Origin: Desulfosudaceae bacterium
Lineage (GTDB): Bacteria > Desulfobacterota > Desulfobacteria > Desulfobacterales > Desulfosudaceae
Direction: 5' to 3'
Assembly: GCA_963674745.2 (NCBI GenBank)
Contig: CAXXDV010000003.1
Location: 1,312,001 to 1,376,000, forward strand
DNA length: 64,000 bases
Shown: one piece after another, positions 9,632 through 19,800 of the stretch
Layout of the letters: each line of letters starts with the position of its first letter
Position numbering within the stretch: the first letter of the stretch is position 1
Position numbers and translations under genes: made by a program
Notes under the pieces: generated by a model
Told to the model about the DNA's origin: nothing
Databases searched by the model: none
Seen by the model: the letters and a program-made list of their open reading frames with translations, nothing else

Positions 9632-11500
9632 ATGAAAGGATTAAGACCGGTGCCGCAAAAATTTCTTTTTCCGGGTGTTGTCTCCGTCGCCTTCATAATG
9701 ATTTCCAAATACGCCTTTGCCCATTCGTCAGCCCCGGGACCAGTTCCAACTGAAATATCCTGGTCGCTGCTGGTTGTCGGCCTGTTCGGCGGCCTGGCGC
9801 TGTTTCTTTACGGACTGGAAAAGATGAGCGACGGGCTGAAGCTGGCTGCCGGTCATCAGATGCGTGTCATTTTAGCCGCTCTGACCAGCAACCGCCTGCT
9901 TGCCATGCTGGTAGGGGCGTTCATCACCATGGTTATTCAGTCCAGCAGCGCCACCACGGTTTTGCTGGTCAGTTTTGTCCAGGCGGAGCTGATGACATTT
10001 GCCCGCTCGTTGGGGGTAATTCTGGGCGCGGATATCGGCACCACCATCACCGCCCAGCTGATCGCGTTCAAGCTGGCGGATTACGCCCTGCTGGTTATTG
10101 CCGCCGGCGTCTGTACGCGCATGATGGCCGGAAGGAAGCTGATTAAAACCTTTGGCGACATTCTTCTCGGGTTCGGCATTCTTTTTTTCGGCATGAAAAT
10201 CATGAGTGACGCCATGGCACCGTTAAGCACCGACGCGGACCTGATCAATCTGCTTTACAGCCTGGAAAACCCCTTGCTGGGTTTGCTGGTAGGCATTGTG
10301 TTTACCGCCGTTATTCAAAGCAGCAGTGCTTTTACCGGGATACTGATTGTCCTGGCCCAGCAGCAACTGATTACGCTGGAAGCCGGTATCCCCATGGTAC
10401 TGGGGGCCAACATCGGTACCTGTATCACAGCCGGCCTGGCCACTATCGGTATGTCCAGAGACGCCAAACGGGTCGCCCTGGGGCACGTTCTTTTCAAAGT
10501 TGCGGGCGTGTTGTTATTCATTTTCTGGATCCCGGCCTTTGCCGAGTTGATCCATCACCTGACGTTTTACATGAGTGCTGATCCGGGAAGGGAGATCGCC
10601 AATGCGCATACGGTTTTCAACGTCGGAATGGCATTGGTTTTCCTGCCGTTTACGACAATCTTTGCCGTACTGATTCAAAAAATTATTCCGGACAGGCCCG
10701 AGTCCCGCATTACCAAGGAGATGGTAACCTGGTATCTTGATGAAAAGAGTATTCAGACCCCGGAGATGGCGATCGGCCTGGCCAGGACTGAAATCTCCAG
10801 AATAGCCAAGCTGCTTGAACGCATGTTGCGCGCGGTCATTATCCCCTTTATATCTGATGAACGGTTTATTGCCGATGAGATCAAGGAAAAAGACGAAGCC
10901 GCCCTGTTTAAAAGGGAAATCCCCAAACAGGACGAAATTTTTCCTGATCTGACCCTGTTGGAAGGGCTCGATATGCGGGAAAAAAAGATTGATTTTCTGG
11001 AAGAAAAAATCGGTGATTATCTGAACCGGGTACTGCAGCAAGATGTAGATGAAAATATTATCAAGGAGGCCATGGGCATGATGTCCATTGCCAAAGACAT
11101 GGAAGCCATCGGTGACCTGATTCATCGCAATATCATGCCGCTGATTGCCAAAAAGCGGGAGTTGACTGAAGACTTTTCCATAGAAGGGAAAGAAGAGCTG
11201 ATGATCTACCATCAAAAGGTCTGTAACCATATCCGGCTGTTAAAAGAAGCCTTTGCCGAAACTTCGCCGGACCGGTCCTGCCGCATCATGGGACAGGAGC
11301 GTATTTACCTGGATCTTGAATCCAAATACCGGCTGCAGCACCTTCACCGGGTGCAACTCCAGAAAAAAGAATCCCTGGCTACCCATGAAGTTCACATGGA
11401 ACTGCTGGATCTTTTAAAACAGGTCGTGGTGTATTCTTCCAATATTGCCCTGACCTTTTCACAGGTTTGCATGGACACGACGGTGGGAACATCTTCTTAG
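9632..11500 (+). CDS. Na+/phosphate cotransporter family protein with PhoU-like C-terminus
   Basis: Two QSSSA / G(A)(D/N)IGT repeats, many TM helices, KDMEAIGD PhoU-like helix. Confidence 0.92.
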   Translation: MKGLRPVPQKFLFPGVVSVAFIMISKYAFAHSSAPGPVPTEISWSLLVVGLFGGLALFLYGLEKMSDGLKLAAGHQMRVILAALTSNRLLAMLVGAFITMVIQSSSATTVLLVSFVQAELMTFARSLGVILGADIGTTITAQLIAFKLADYALLVIAAGVCTRMMAGRKLIKTFGDILLGFGILFFGMKIMSDAMAPLSTDADLINLLYSLENPLLGLLVGIVFTAVIQSSSAFTGILIVLAQQQLITLEAGIPMVLGANIGTCITAGLATIGMSRDAKRVALGHVLFKVAGVLLFIFWIPAFAELIHHLTFYMSADPGREIANAHTVFNVGMALVFLPFTTIFAVLIQKIIPDRPESRITKEMVTWYLDEKSIQTPEMAIGLARTEISRIAKLLERMLRAVIIPFISDERFIADEIKEKDEAALFKREIPKQDEIFPDLTLLEGLDMREKKIDFLEEKIGDYLNRVLQQDVDENIIKEAMGMMSIAKDMEAIGDLIHRNIMPLIAKKRELTEDFSIEGKEELMIYHQKVCNHIRLLKEAFAETSPDRSCRIMGQERIYLDLESKYRLQHLHRVQLQKKESLATHEVHMELLDLLKQVVVYSSNIALTFSQVCMDTTVGTSS

Positions 11501-11625
11501 CGTCCCAACCGGGCACGGCCCGGAACCAAACCGGAAAGTAACATGAGCCGGTTTGTGGATTAAAAAGTTTTAGTGTTTTAAGGTTTTAGGGTTTTAACTG
11601 ACCGTCCGTACTGTGTGTCTCGGAC

Positions 11626-11652
11626 GTAGGGGCGACCTGCCGGTCGCCCGTA
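11626..11652 (+). repeat. REP-like element (GTAG tetranucleotide plus palindrome)
   Basis: GTAG-GGGCGACC-TGCC-GGTCGCCC-GTA between convergent genes. Confidence 0.7.
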
Positions 11653-11744
11653 AACACTGTCGTTAACACTGACGTTTTTCGTTTGTTTAAGACACGGATT
11701 TCACGGATTTTATGGATGAATTCTTTTTTTATAGATGCCACGGA

Positions 11745-12929
11745 TTACTGATAGGCCTGTTTCAATACCTCCAGCGCGTCCTCATATTCCAGCTCTTCCG
11801 GATTAAATGTCAGGGCCGGATCATCGATGCTGAGCCGTGCGATGGTCTCAAGGGCACTTTCTGAAACCCCCGCCTCCTTGAGTGTCATGGGAAGCCCGCA
11901 TAAATCCCGCAGTTCTCGCCTTAATTGACGCACAAGCTCGATCAGCCTCCGGGCCCGATATTTTGCGGGGGTTTTGACATATTCATCCTCACCGCCAAAA
12001 GGCAGCAGCATTTCTGCCAGGTAGGGCTCAATTTTTTTCATGTTGTATTCCAGGCCGAAGGGCAGAAAAATTGACATGGCAACACCGTGGGGCACATGGC
12101 AGACGCCGCCGGTGGCATGCCCCAGGGAGTGAATCATGCCGGTCATGGAATTTGAAAATGCGGCTCCGGCCATGGTGGCTGCATTGGCCAGGGCCAGCCT
12201 TCCGTTTTCATCATCTCCGTTTTTAACGACCCGGACCAGATGTTCTTTGACCATTTTAATGGCGGCATGGGCGTATGCGTCGCTCATGGGATTTTTCTGG
12301 ATGCAGGTGTAAGCTTCCATGGCATGTGTCAACGCATCCATGGCAGTGGCAGCGGTAATATGGGGCGGCATGGTAATGGTCATTCGCGGGTCCAGAATAG
12401 TGGCCGAAGCGATGAGTTTTTGAGAAACAAACGGCATCTTTATGTTTTTTTCCGTGTCCGCGATCACCGCGGCCAGGGTGACTTCCGATCCCGTACCACT
12501 GGTGGTCGGGATGGCGATAAACGGCCGCATGGGCCTGGTCAACATATCCGCACCCATGAAATCACTCAGCTTTTCCGAATCCTCGCTGATGACGATATTG
12601 ACCCCCTTGGCTGTGTCCATGGGAGAGCCACCGCCAACGGCGACAAAGGAGTCGCAGTTGTTCTCTCTGTATACAGCCGCGATTTCAGTGACCAGCTTCA
12701 GGGATGAATCCGGCGGCACATCATCAAATATGGCACCGATGGTCATTTCGGAACTCTTGAAAGCGTTTTTTACATGGTCGACCAGCCCGGCTGCAACAAC
12801 CCCCTTGTCGGTGATGATAATCGGTCTTTTGGCACCGAAAAAGCGGAGCTCGTAGGGCAGGTTGTCAAGGGCTTTTTTACCGGAAATAATCTTGCATGAA
12901 TTGTAGAACTCATAATATGACGGCAACAT
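11745..12929 (-). CDS. Iron-containing alcohol dehydrogenase
   Basis: GGGSPMDTAKG, PTTSGTGSE, DALTHAME, HSLGH...HG motifs. Confidence 0.95.
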   Translation of the reverse strand: MLPSYYEFYNSCKIISGKKALDNLPYELRFFGAKRPIIITDKGVVAAGLVDHVKNAFKSSEMTIGAIFDDVPPDSSLKLVTEIAAVYRENNCDSFVAVGGGSPMDTAKGVNIVISEDSEKLSDFMGADMLTRPMRPFIAIPTTSGTGSEVTLAAVIADTEKNIKMPFVSQKLIASATILDPRMTITMPPHITAATAMDALTHAMEAYTCIQKNPMSDAYAHAAIKMVKEHLVRVVKNGDDENGRLALANAATMAGAAFSNSMTGMIHSLGHATGGVCHVPHGVAMSIFLPFGLEYNMKKIEPYLAEMLLPFGGEDEYVKTPAKYRARRLIELVRQLRRELRDLCGLPMTLKEAGVSESALETIARLSIDDPALTFNPEELEYEDALEVLKQAYQ

Positions 12930-12975
12930 GGCTGGCTCCTAAAGTTTGTTGATTATTTTCGTTAGCATATCGGTA

Positions 12976-13593
12976 TCAGGTTGACCGCAGGATGTGTCCG
13001 GGCAGACCAAGGGCGATATCCGTCATGATCATCAGGCGGATAAGTTGTTTTTTCAATCCCATTCGCGGGGGGCGTTTCATCAGTGAGGCATAAACAAATC
13101 TGGGGTAAAGGTGGGCCAAAAGGATGTTCAGGCATCTTGAAAAAGACATTACCCTGGCCAGATTGCCTCTGACCAGCAGGCGCCTTTCCGCATAAGCCTG
13201 GGGCGTTCCCATCTGAGGCGTTAACGCCAGAAAAGCCGATTCGATGTTTTTAAAATTCACGATAAGATCAATGTCCTGTAGCTTTATGTTGCCGGATTCC
13301 CCCCCATTGCCTTTTACTTCCCGCTCTTTGATATCGTTTTTTCTGTCCTTTATCCTGACCCCCCGATAGCAGAATTTACCGGCGGTTTTCTCAAATGTCA
13401 TATAAGGGCCGAAGGGGAGCACGTTCATCATCATGGTAAAACCGTTGTCCCAGGTGTCGATTTCCTTTTTAATATCCGGATCTCGTCTGGCTGCCGATTC
13501 TAAAGCCGTGCCCATAAAGAGAAAAACCGATTTAACAATGACTTCTTTAATCCATTTCCTCCCGGGCTTGATCGGCAGATAGGGATTAGCCAT
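12976..13593 (-). CDS. Hypothetical protein, possible SCP2-like lipid-binding fold
   Basis: C-terminal DLIVNFKN...QAYAERRLLVRGNL resembles SCP2 ends; operonic with the ADH. Confidence 0.55.
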   Translation of the reverse strand: MANPYLPIKPGRKWIKEVIVKSVFLFMGTALESAARRDPDIKKEIDTWDNGFTMMMNVLPFGPYMTFEKTAGKFCYRGVRIKDRKNDIKEREVKGNGGESGNIKLQDIDLIVNFKNIESAFLALTPQMGTPQAYAERRLLVRGNLARVMSFSRCLNILLAHLYPRFVYASLMKRPPRMGLKKQLIRLMIMTDIALGLPGHILRST

Positions 13594-13742
13594 CAGTCGC
13601 TCCTTTCAATTGTTAACGATGGTCGGTATGGGTATCATTTCGGGCGGGAAATCCCGCTGAACGATTACTGAAAGTTTTAAAATTCATAGCATTAACGACC
13701 AGTTGTGTCAAGACGCAATGTCTGGACAGGCGCGGGGATATA

Positions 13743-13772
13743 TTGACAATAATTCACGGTCTGCGATATAAG
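13743..13772 (+). promoter_or_regulatory. Putative sigma70 promoter for the PfaB/C-type gene
   Basis: TTGACA-18 bp-TATAAG about 85 bp upstream of ATG 13858. Confidence 0.5.
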
Positions 13773-13857
13773 AATAAAACTCAGGGGCCAGGGGCAAAGA
13801 GAAAACATGATATGGTGAACAAGACCATCAATTTTTAAAAGCCAGGTTGAATACAAA

Positions 13858-16800
13858 ATGCCGAAACTCGAACCAATAGCTATTGTCGGAATGGGCGGGG
13901 TTTTTCCCGGTGCGTTAAGCACTGATGCTCTCTGGCAGAACATTGTCAACCGGATAGACGCGATCACCGATATCCCGGATCATCGCTGGGTTGTCAGCCC
14001 GGCGGAGGTCTACAGCCGGGAATTCGCCATAGATAAAACCTATTCCAGAAGAGCCGGGGTGGTTGACCTTGACTTTGACGGCAATGGCTTTGAAATCGAC
14101 GCATCCCTGCTTGAGCGCCTTGACCCGTTATATCATTACACACTTACAGCGGCCAGGGAGGCTTTTTCCGGATGCCGCTTATCATCGATTATCCGCAACC
14201 GGACCGGGGTGGTGCTGGCGGCTATCGCGCTCCCGACCGAAGGCTCTTCAGCCTTTGCCAACCGTATTATCGGCCGCCAACTGAGCCGGAAAATGTTCGG
14301 CGAAAAGGCTTTGAATGACACCGGCCGGTTGTCGCAAACCGACCTGATATCCGCCAGGGTAACCAGTCAGCCGGCATCTCTGCTGGCCAAGGCCTTTCGG
14401 CTGGGCGGCGGATCTTATACGCTTGATGCCGCCTGTTCGACGTCCTTGTATGCCGTAAAACTGGCCTGCGACGAGTTGGCGGCGGGGCGGGCAGACGCCA
14501 TGATCGCCGGGGGTGTTTCCAGACCCGAGATACTTTACACCCAGGTCGGGTTTACCCAGTTAAGGGCCCTGTCGCAGTCCGGTTGCTGCCGGCCTTTTGA
14601 CGCTCAAGCCGATGGCCTTGTGGTCGGCGAAGGAAGCGGTATTTTCGTATTAAAACGGTTAAGTGACGCCCTTCGGGACAAGGAGCATATTTTTGGTTTG
14701 ATCCGTGGTATCGGTTTGTCCAATGACATCGGCGGCAATCTGCTGTCGCCTGAAACCGAGGGCCAGTTACGGGCCATGCGAACGGCTTATAAACATGCCG
14801 GCTGGTCGCCCCGTGATGTCGATTTTATCGAATGCCATGGAACCGGCACACCGGTTGGTGATGCTGTTGAACTGGCCAGCATGCGTTCGCTGTGGGGCGA
14901 ATCCGGCTGGACCGCCGGACAATGTCCGATCGGTTCCGTCAAATCCATGGTAGGGCATCTGCTGACGGCTGCCGGGGCGGCCAGCATGGTTAAGACATTG
15001 CTGGGATTCAAGCATCGAACCATACCGCCTTCCGCCAATTTTTCGGCACCGGGAAAAAACAGCCCCCTCACCGATGGCCCCTTCCGGGTTCAAACCCGGG
15101 CCGAGGAATGGAAGCCCGAAAAACCGGGTGACCCTTTGCGGGCGGCTGTCAGTTCTTTTGGATTCGGCGGCATCAACGCCCATATTCTCCTGGAAGAATG
15201 GATCGAAAGGGAAGACAAAGACTATACCGCTATTGAAATTTCGGATGTACAAATTGTGAACGGTGACGCCCCTGAAACACCACCCGACATTGCCGTTGTC
15301 GGCATGGAAGCAATTTTCGGACAACTTGATAATTTACGCAGGTTCCAGGAGGCCGTGCTTCGTGGCGACAGCCTTTTCACAAAACGTCCCCGCGAACGCT
15401 GGCGGGGATGTGAAGAAACAGCCAAACAGTTTATCGATACTGATATTAACAGAGGGGTTTTTGTTGATGAAGTTTCTGTCCTGATCGGCGAATACCATAT
15501 ACCCCCCAATGAAATTGATCATATCCTGTGCCAGCATCTACTGGCCTTAAAAGCCTGCCGTCAGGCGCTGATTGACGCGGGACTGCCCCTGCGGGAAGAG
15601 CGCCCCGCCATGGGGGTCGTGATCGGTATGGACTTTGACGCCCAGGCGAATGATTATCATTTCCGATGGAATCTTTCCAATGAGTTTGATAAATGGCGAC
15701 AACGTTATGACCTGACACCCTCTCCGGAACAATACCGGGAATGGATTGAATCGGTGAAGGATGCCTGGTCCCCGCCATTGATCGCCTCCAGGGTCATCGG
15801 GGCGCTGGGGGGGATTATGGCCAGCAGGATCGCCAAGCAGTTTCAATTGGGCGGCCCCGGTTTTGTTGTTTCCTGTGAATCGGCGTCCGGATTGCGCGCC
15901 CTTGAAATCGGCAGCCGTTCTCTGCAACTTTTTGAAACCGATACCTTCCTGGTGGGGGCGGTGGATCTGCCCGCTGATGTCCGCCGGGTCATAATGGATG
16001 ACGCTTCCCGTCCTTACAGCAGGGCGGGGAAGGTGCGTCCCTTTGATGCTCAGGCCGACGGCACCCTGCCGGGAGAGGGCGCAACGGCTCTGGTGTTAAA
16101 ACGTCTGGATGATGCCCTATCGGACGGTAATCGTATTTATGCCGTTATCAAGGGGTTCGGCAGTGCCAACAGCCGGGACGTGCTGGAAGACCAATCCGAT
16201 GCCTACGCTTCGGCGCTTGCCAAAGCCTACAGGGTTTCTCTGGACCGGGCGTTTAGCGACGCCGGCGTGGAAGCAGCGGATATTTCGTTTTTCGAAACAA
16301 ACGGCAGTGGAAACCCGCAAGAAGACGATATCGAAGCCACGGTTCTCGGGGACTATTTCGCCGGAGCCGAATCCGGCCAAAAGAAACAATGCGCGCTGGG
16401 TTCCGTTAAATCGATTATCGGTCATACCGGGGCGGCTGCCGGACTGGCTGCGTTTGTCCGGACAAGCCTGTGCCTGTATCAACAGATGATTCCGCCCATG
16501 ACTAATTTTATCTCACCGTCGCAGGCGTGGTTAGAAAATACGTTTTTTCATGTGCCCCATTTTCCGTATTACTGGCTTCGCAACAGAATCGACGGCCTCC
16601 GTAAAGCCTGTACCGGCGTCATCACCCGTGACGGGGTTTGCATGCATGTTATCAGCGAAGAATACGACCATTCGGGGAACACATCGACCCGGGTTCATGA
16701 GCAAATTGATATTGAGCGCAGAAAACCACTCGGGTTTCGACCGGGAGCCCCCGGCCTGTTTATCGTTGAAGGAAACAATAATCATGAGTTGATTCAAAGG

Positions 16801-19800
16801 CTCGACAGCCTTTACCGGTTCATCATGACAATTGATGAACGGGATGCCAATATTGAAAAAGTGGCCCGCCAATGGTACTTGACCCGAAAGACCGACCACT
16901 CCAAACAATACGCAGTGTCGATCGTGGCCACAGACGTTGTTGAATTGAACCGGTTTATTGATGAAGCCAGGCAGCGTATTACAAGCGACAAACCGGCCAG
17001 TATCATCGGCAGCCGGGGTATCCGATATACAAACAGCACCACACCGATCGGTGAACGAAAGGGCGATATTGCCTTTGTATTTCCGGGATCCGGAAATCAT
17101 TTTCTGGGCATGGGCAGGGACCTCAGCGCCGAGTTCCCGGAAGTCATGCGGCTGATGGATAAGGAAGCCCGAAAGCTCAAAGACCGGTTTCTCCCGGAAT
17201 GTTATTTTCCGTACAGGGGTTCCTGGGAGTCCGGATGGGAAGACAAAAGCCGGAAAAAAATCACCTCTGATCCTTTAAACATGATTATCGGTCAGGTCTC
17301 TTACGGCGGTCTGACAACCTGCCTGGCGGAACAGTTCGGCCTTATTCCCGATGCCGTTATCGGCTATAGCCTGGGCGAGTCCGCCGGACTTTTCGCCGTC
17401 GGCGCCTGGAACCAACGAAGTGAAATGCTGGATCGCATGCGTGCTTCGGACCTGTTTACCACCCAGCTGGCAGGCCCTTGTAACGCCGCCAGGCAGGTCT
17501 GGAATGTGCCGCCGGAAGAAGCGGTAGACTGGTGCGTAGCGGTCGTGAACCGGGACGCGGCCGGTGTCAAAAAGGTCACCCGGGGATTTCCGGCCGTTCA
17601 TCTGCTGATCGTAAACACGCCGACCGAATGCGTTATCGGTGGACGCAAGGTCCAGGTTGAGGAAGCCATCAAGGCGCTCGGGTGTGAAGCCGTATTTCTG
17701 GAAGGTGTCGTTACCGTTCATTGCGACGCCGCTGTTCCCGTCAAACAGGCATATAAAAATTTGCATGTTTTTCCCGTCTTAAAACCGGAAAATGTCCGTT
17801 TTTACAGCTGTGCCAGGGGCCGTTCTTATGAATTGACGTCAGAGGCTGCCGCGCAGTCTATTCTGGATCAGGCGATTTATGGCTTCGATTTTACCCAGAC
17901 GATCCGCCACGCCCATAAAGACGGTGTCAGAATTTTTCTCGAGATGGGACCGCATAACTCCTGCAGCCGCATGATACAGAATATTCTTCACGATTCAGCC
18001 CATCTGGCCGTGTCCATCTGTCATCGTTCAGAGGGCAGTTATACGGCACTGTTGAAATTCCTCGGCTATCTTGTTTCTGAACGGGTGCCGGTTAAACTTG
18101 ATTTCCTATATGGTCCATCCTCATGCCCGGAAAACCTGATGGTTTCATCTATATCAAAAGGTGTCGATGAAAACCGCCGGGTTCATGTCAAAACCGGTGG
18201 CATACCGGAATTGCCGGAAATTCAAGTGATAAAAGAGGTGAGCTTTCCTCATATTCCTCCTCAACCACGGGAGTTACCGAAAGCAGGGCATACGGCTTCG
18301 AGGGCCACGGTAACAACTGCTGATACGGCCGCGTATGCCGGGATAATGGATGAAATTGTCCGTGAAGCCGACATTACCGCACGTGCCCATCAGTCTTTTC
18401 TGGCATTCTCCGACCAGTTGAATAATATCTACGCGCAGACATTCTCGCTTCAGGCACAGCTTCTTGAAAAAGCGTTGACGGCTGGTGATGCCGGCGCGAT
18501 TGCCGATATTGTCTCCAATGTGCCGGCGCCTGCCGGTCCTGTCCCGGGAAATGTCCCGGCCAGCAAAATATCCCCGGTGCCGGAAACAGTAACGAAATCG
18601 ATCCCGGCGTTTCCACGTGAGATGTGCATGGAGTTCGCCATCGGTTCCATAGAAAAAGTGCTGGGCCCGATGTTCGCAGAAGTGGACACCTATCCGGTCC
18701 GGGTGCGGCTGCCCGATGAGCCCCTGATGCTGGTTGACAGAATTATGTCGGTTGAAGGAGAAAAAGGGTCCTTAAAATCCGGTAAAGTGGTAACCGAGCA
18801 TGATGTGCTGCCGGGTGCCTGGTATCTGGATGGCGGCCGGGCACCGGTCTGTATTTCCATTGAAGCGGGGCAGGCGGATCTGTTTTTATGTTCTTACCTG
18901 GGGATCGACATGGCCGTGAAGGGCGAGCGCAGTTACCGTCTTCTTGATGCCGTGGCGACGTTTCATGAAGGCCTTCCCCGACCCGGTGACATCATCCGTT
19001 ACGAAATAAAGATCAGCCGGTTTGTCCGCCAGGGGAAAACCTATCTGTTTTTCTTTGAATTTGACGGTCTCATCAATGGACGCCATGTGATCACCATGAG
19101 GAACGGCTGCGCCGGTTTTTTTACGCCCGCGGAGGTTAAGGATTCCGGTGGAATCGTTCTGACCGCCGAAGAGAAAAAGCCGGCCCGGGGCGTTATAAAC
19201 GGCTGGCGACAACTGGTCCCCGTTGACCGTGCAACATACGATGATCGGCAGATTGATGCCTTAAGAAAAGGTGATCTTAAGGCTTGTTTCGGCACGCAGT
19301 TTGTCGGTATCAAATTGTCCGACTCATTATGGCTTCCCGGTGGCAGGATGAAGCTGATTCACCGCGTCAAGTCGCTTGATCCCACCGGTGGGCGCTATGG
19401 CCTGGGGCATATCAGCGCCGAAGCAGACATTCATCCGGATGACTGGTTTTTAACCTGCCATTTCGTGGACGATATGGTCATGCCCGGCACCCTCATGTAT
19501 CAGTGCTGCGAACACGCTTTACGGGTACTGCTGCTTCGCATGGGCTGGGTTTCCGGTGGACCTGAGGTGTGCTTTGAGCCTGTTCCGGATGTGGGCGCGG
19601 TCCTTAAGTGCCGGGGACCGGTCACCGCTGAAACACGGCATGTTGTTTACGAAGTCGAATTGAGTGAAATAGGGTATAACCCGGAACCTTACGTGAAAGC
19701 GGATGCCTTTATCTTCGCTGACGGTGAGCGTATCGTTTCTTTTCGGAACATGTCTCTGAAACTGACCGGCGCGACACAACAGGACCTCGAAGAAACCTGG

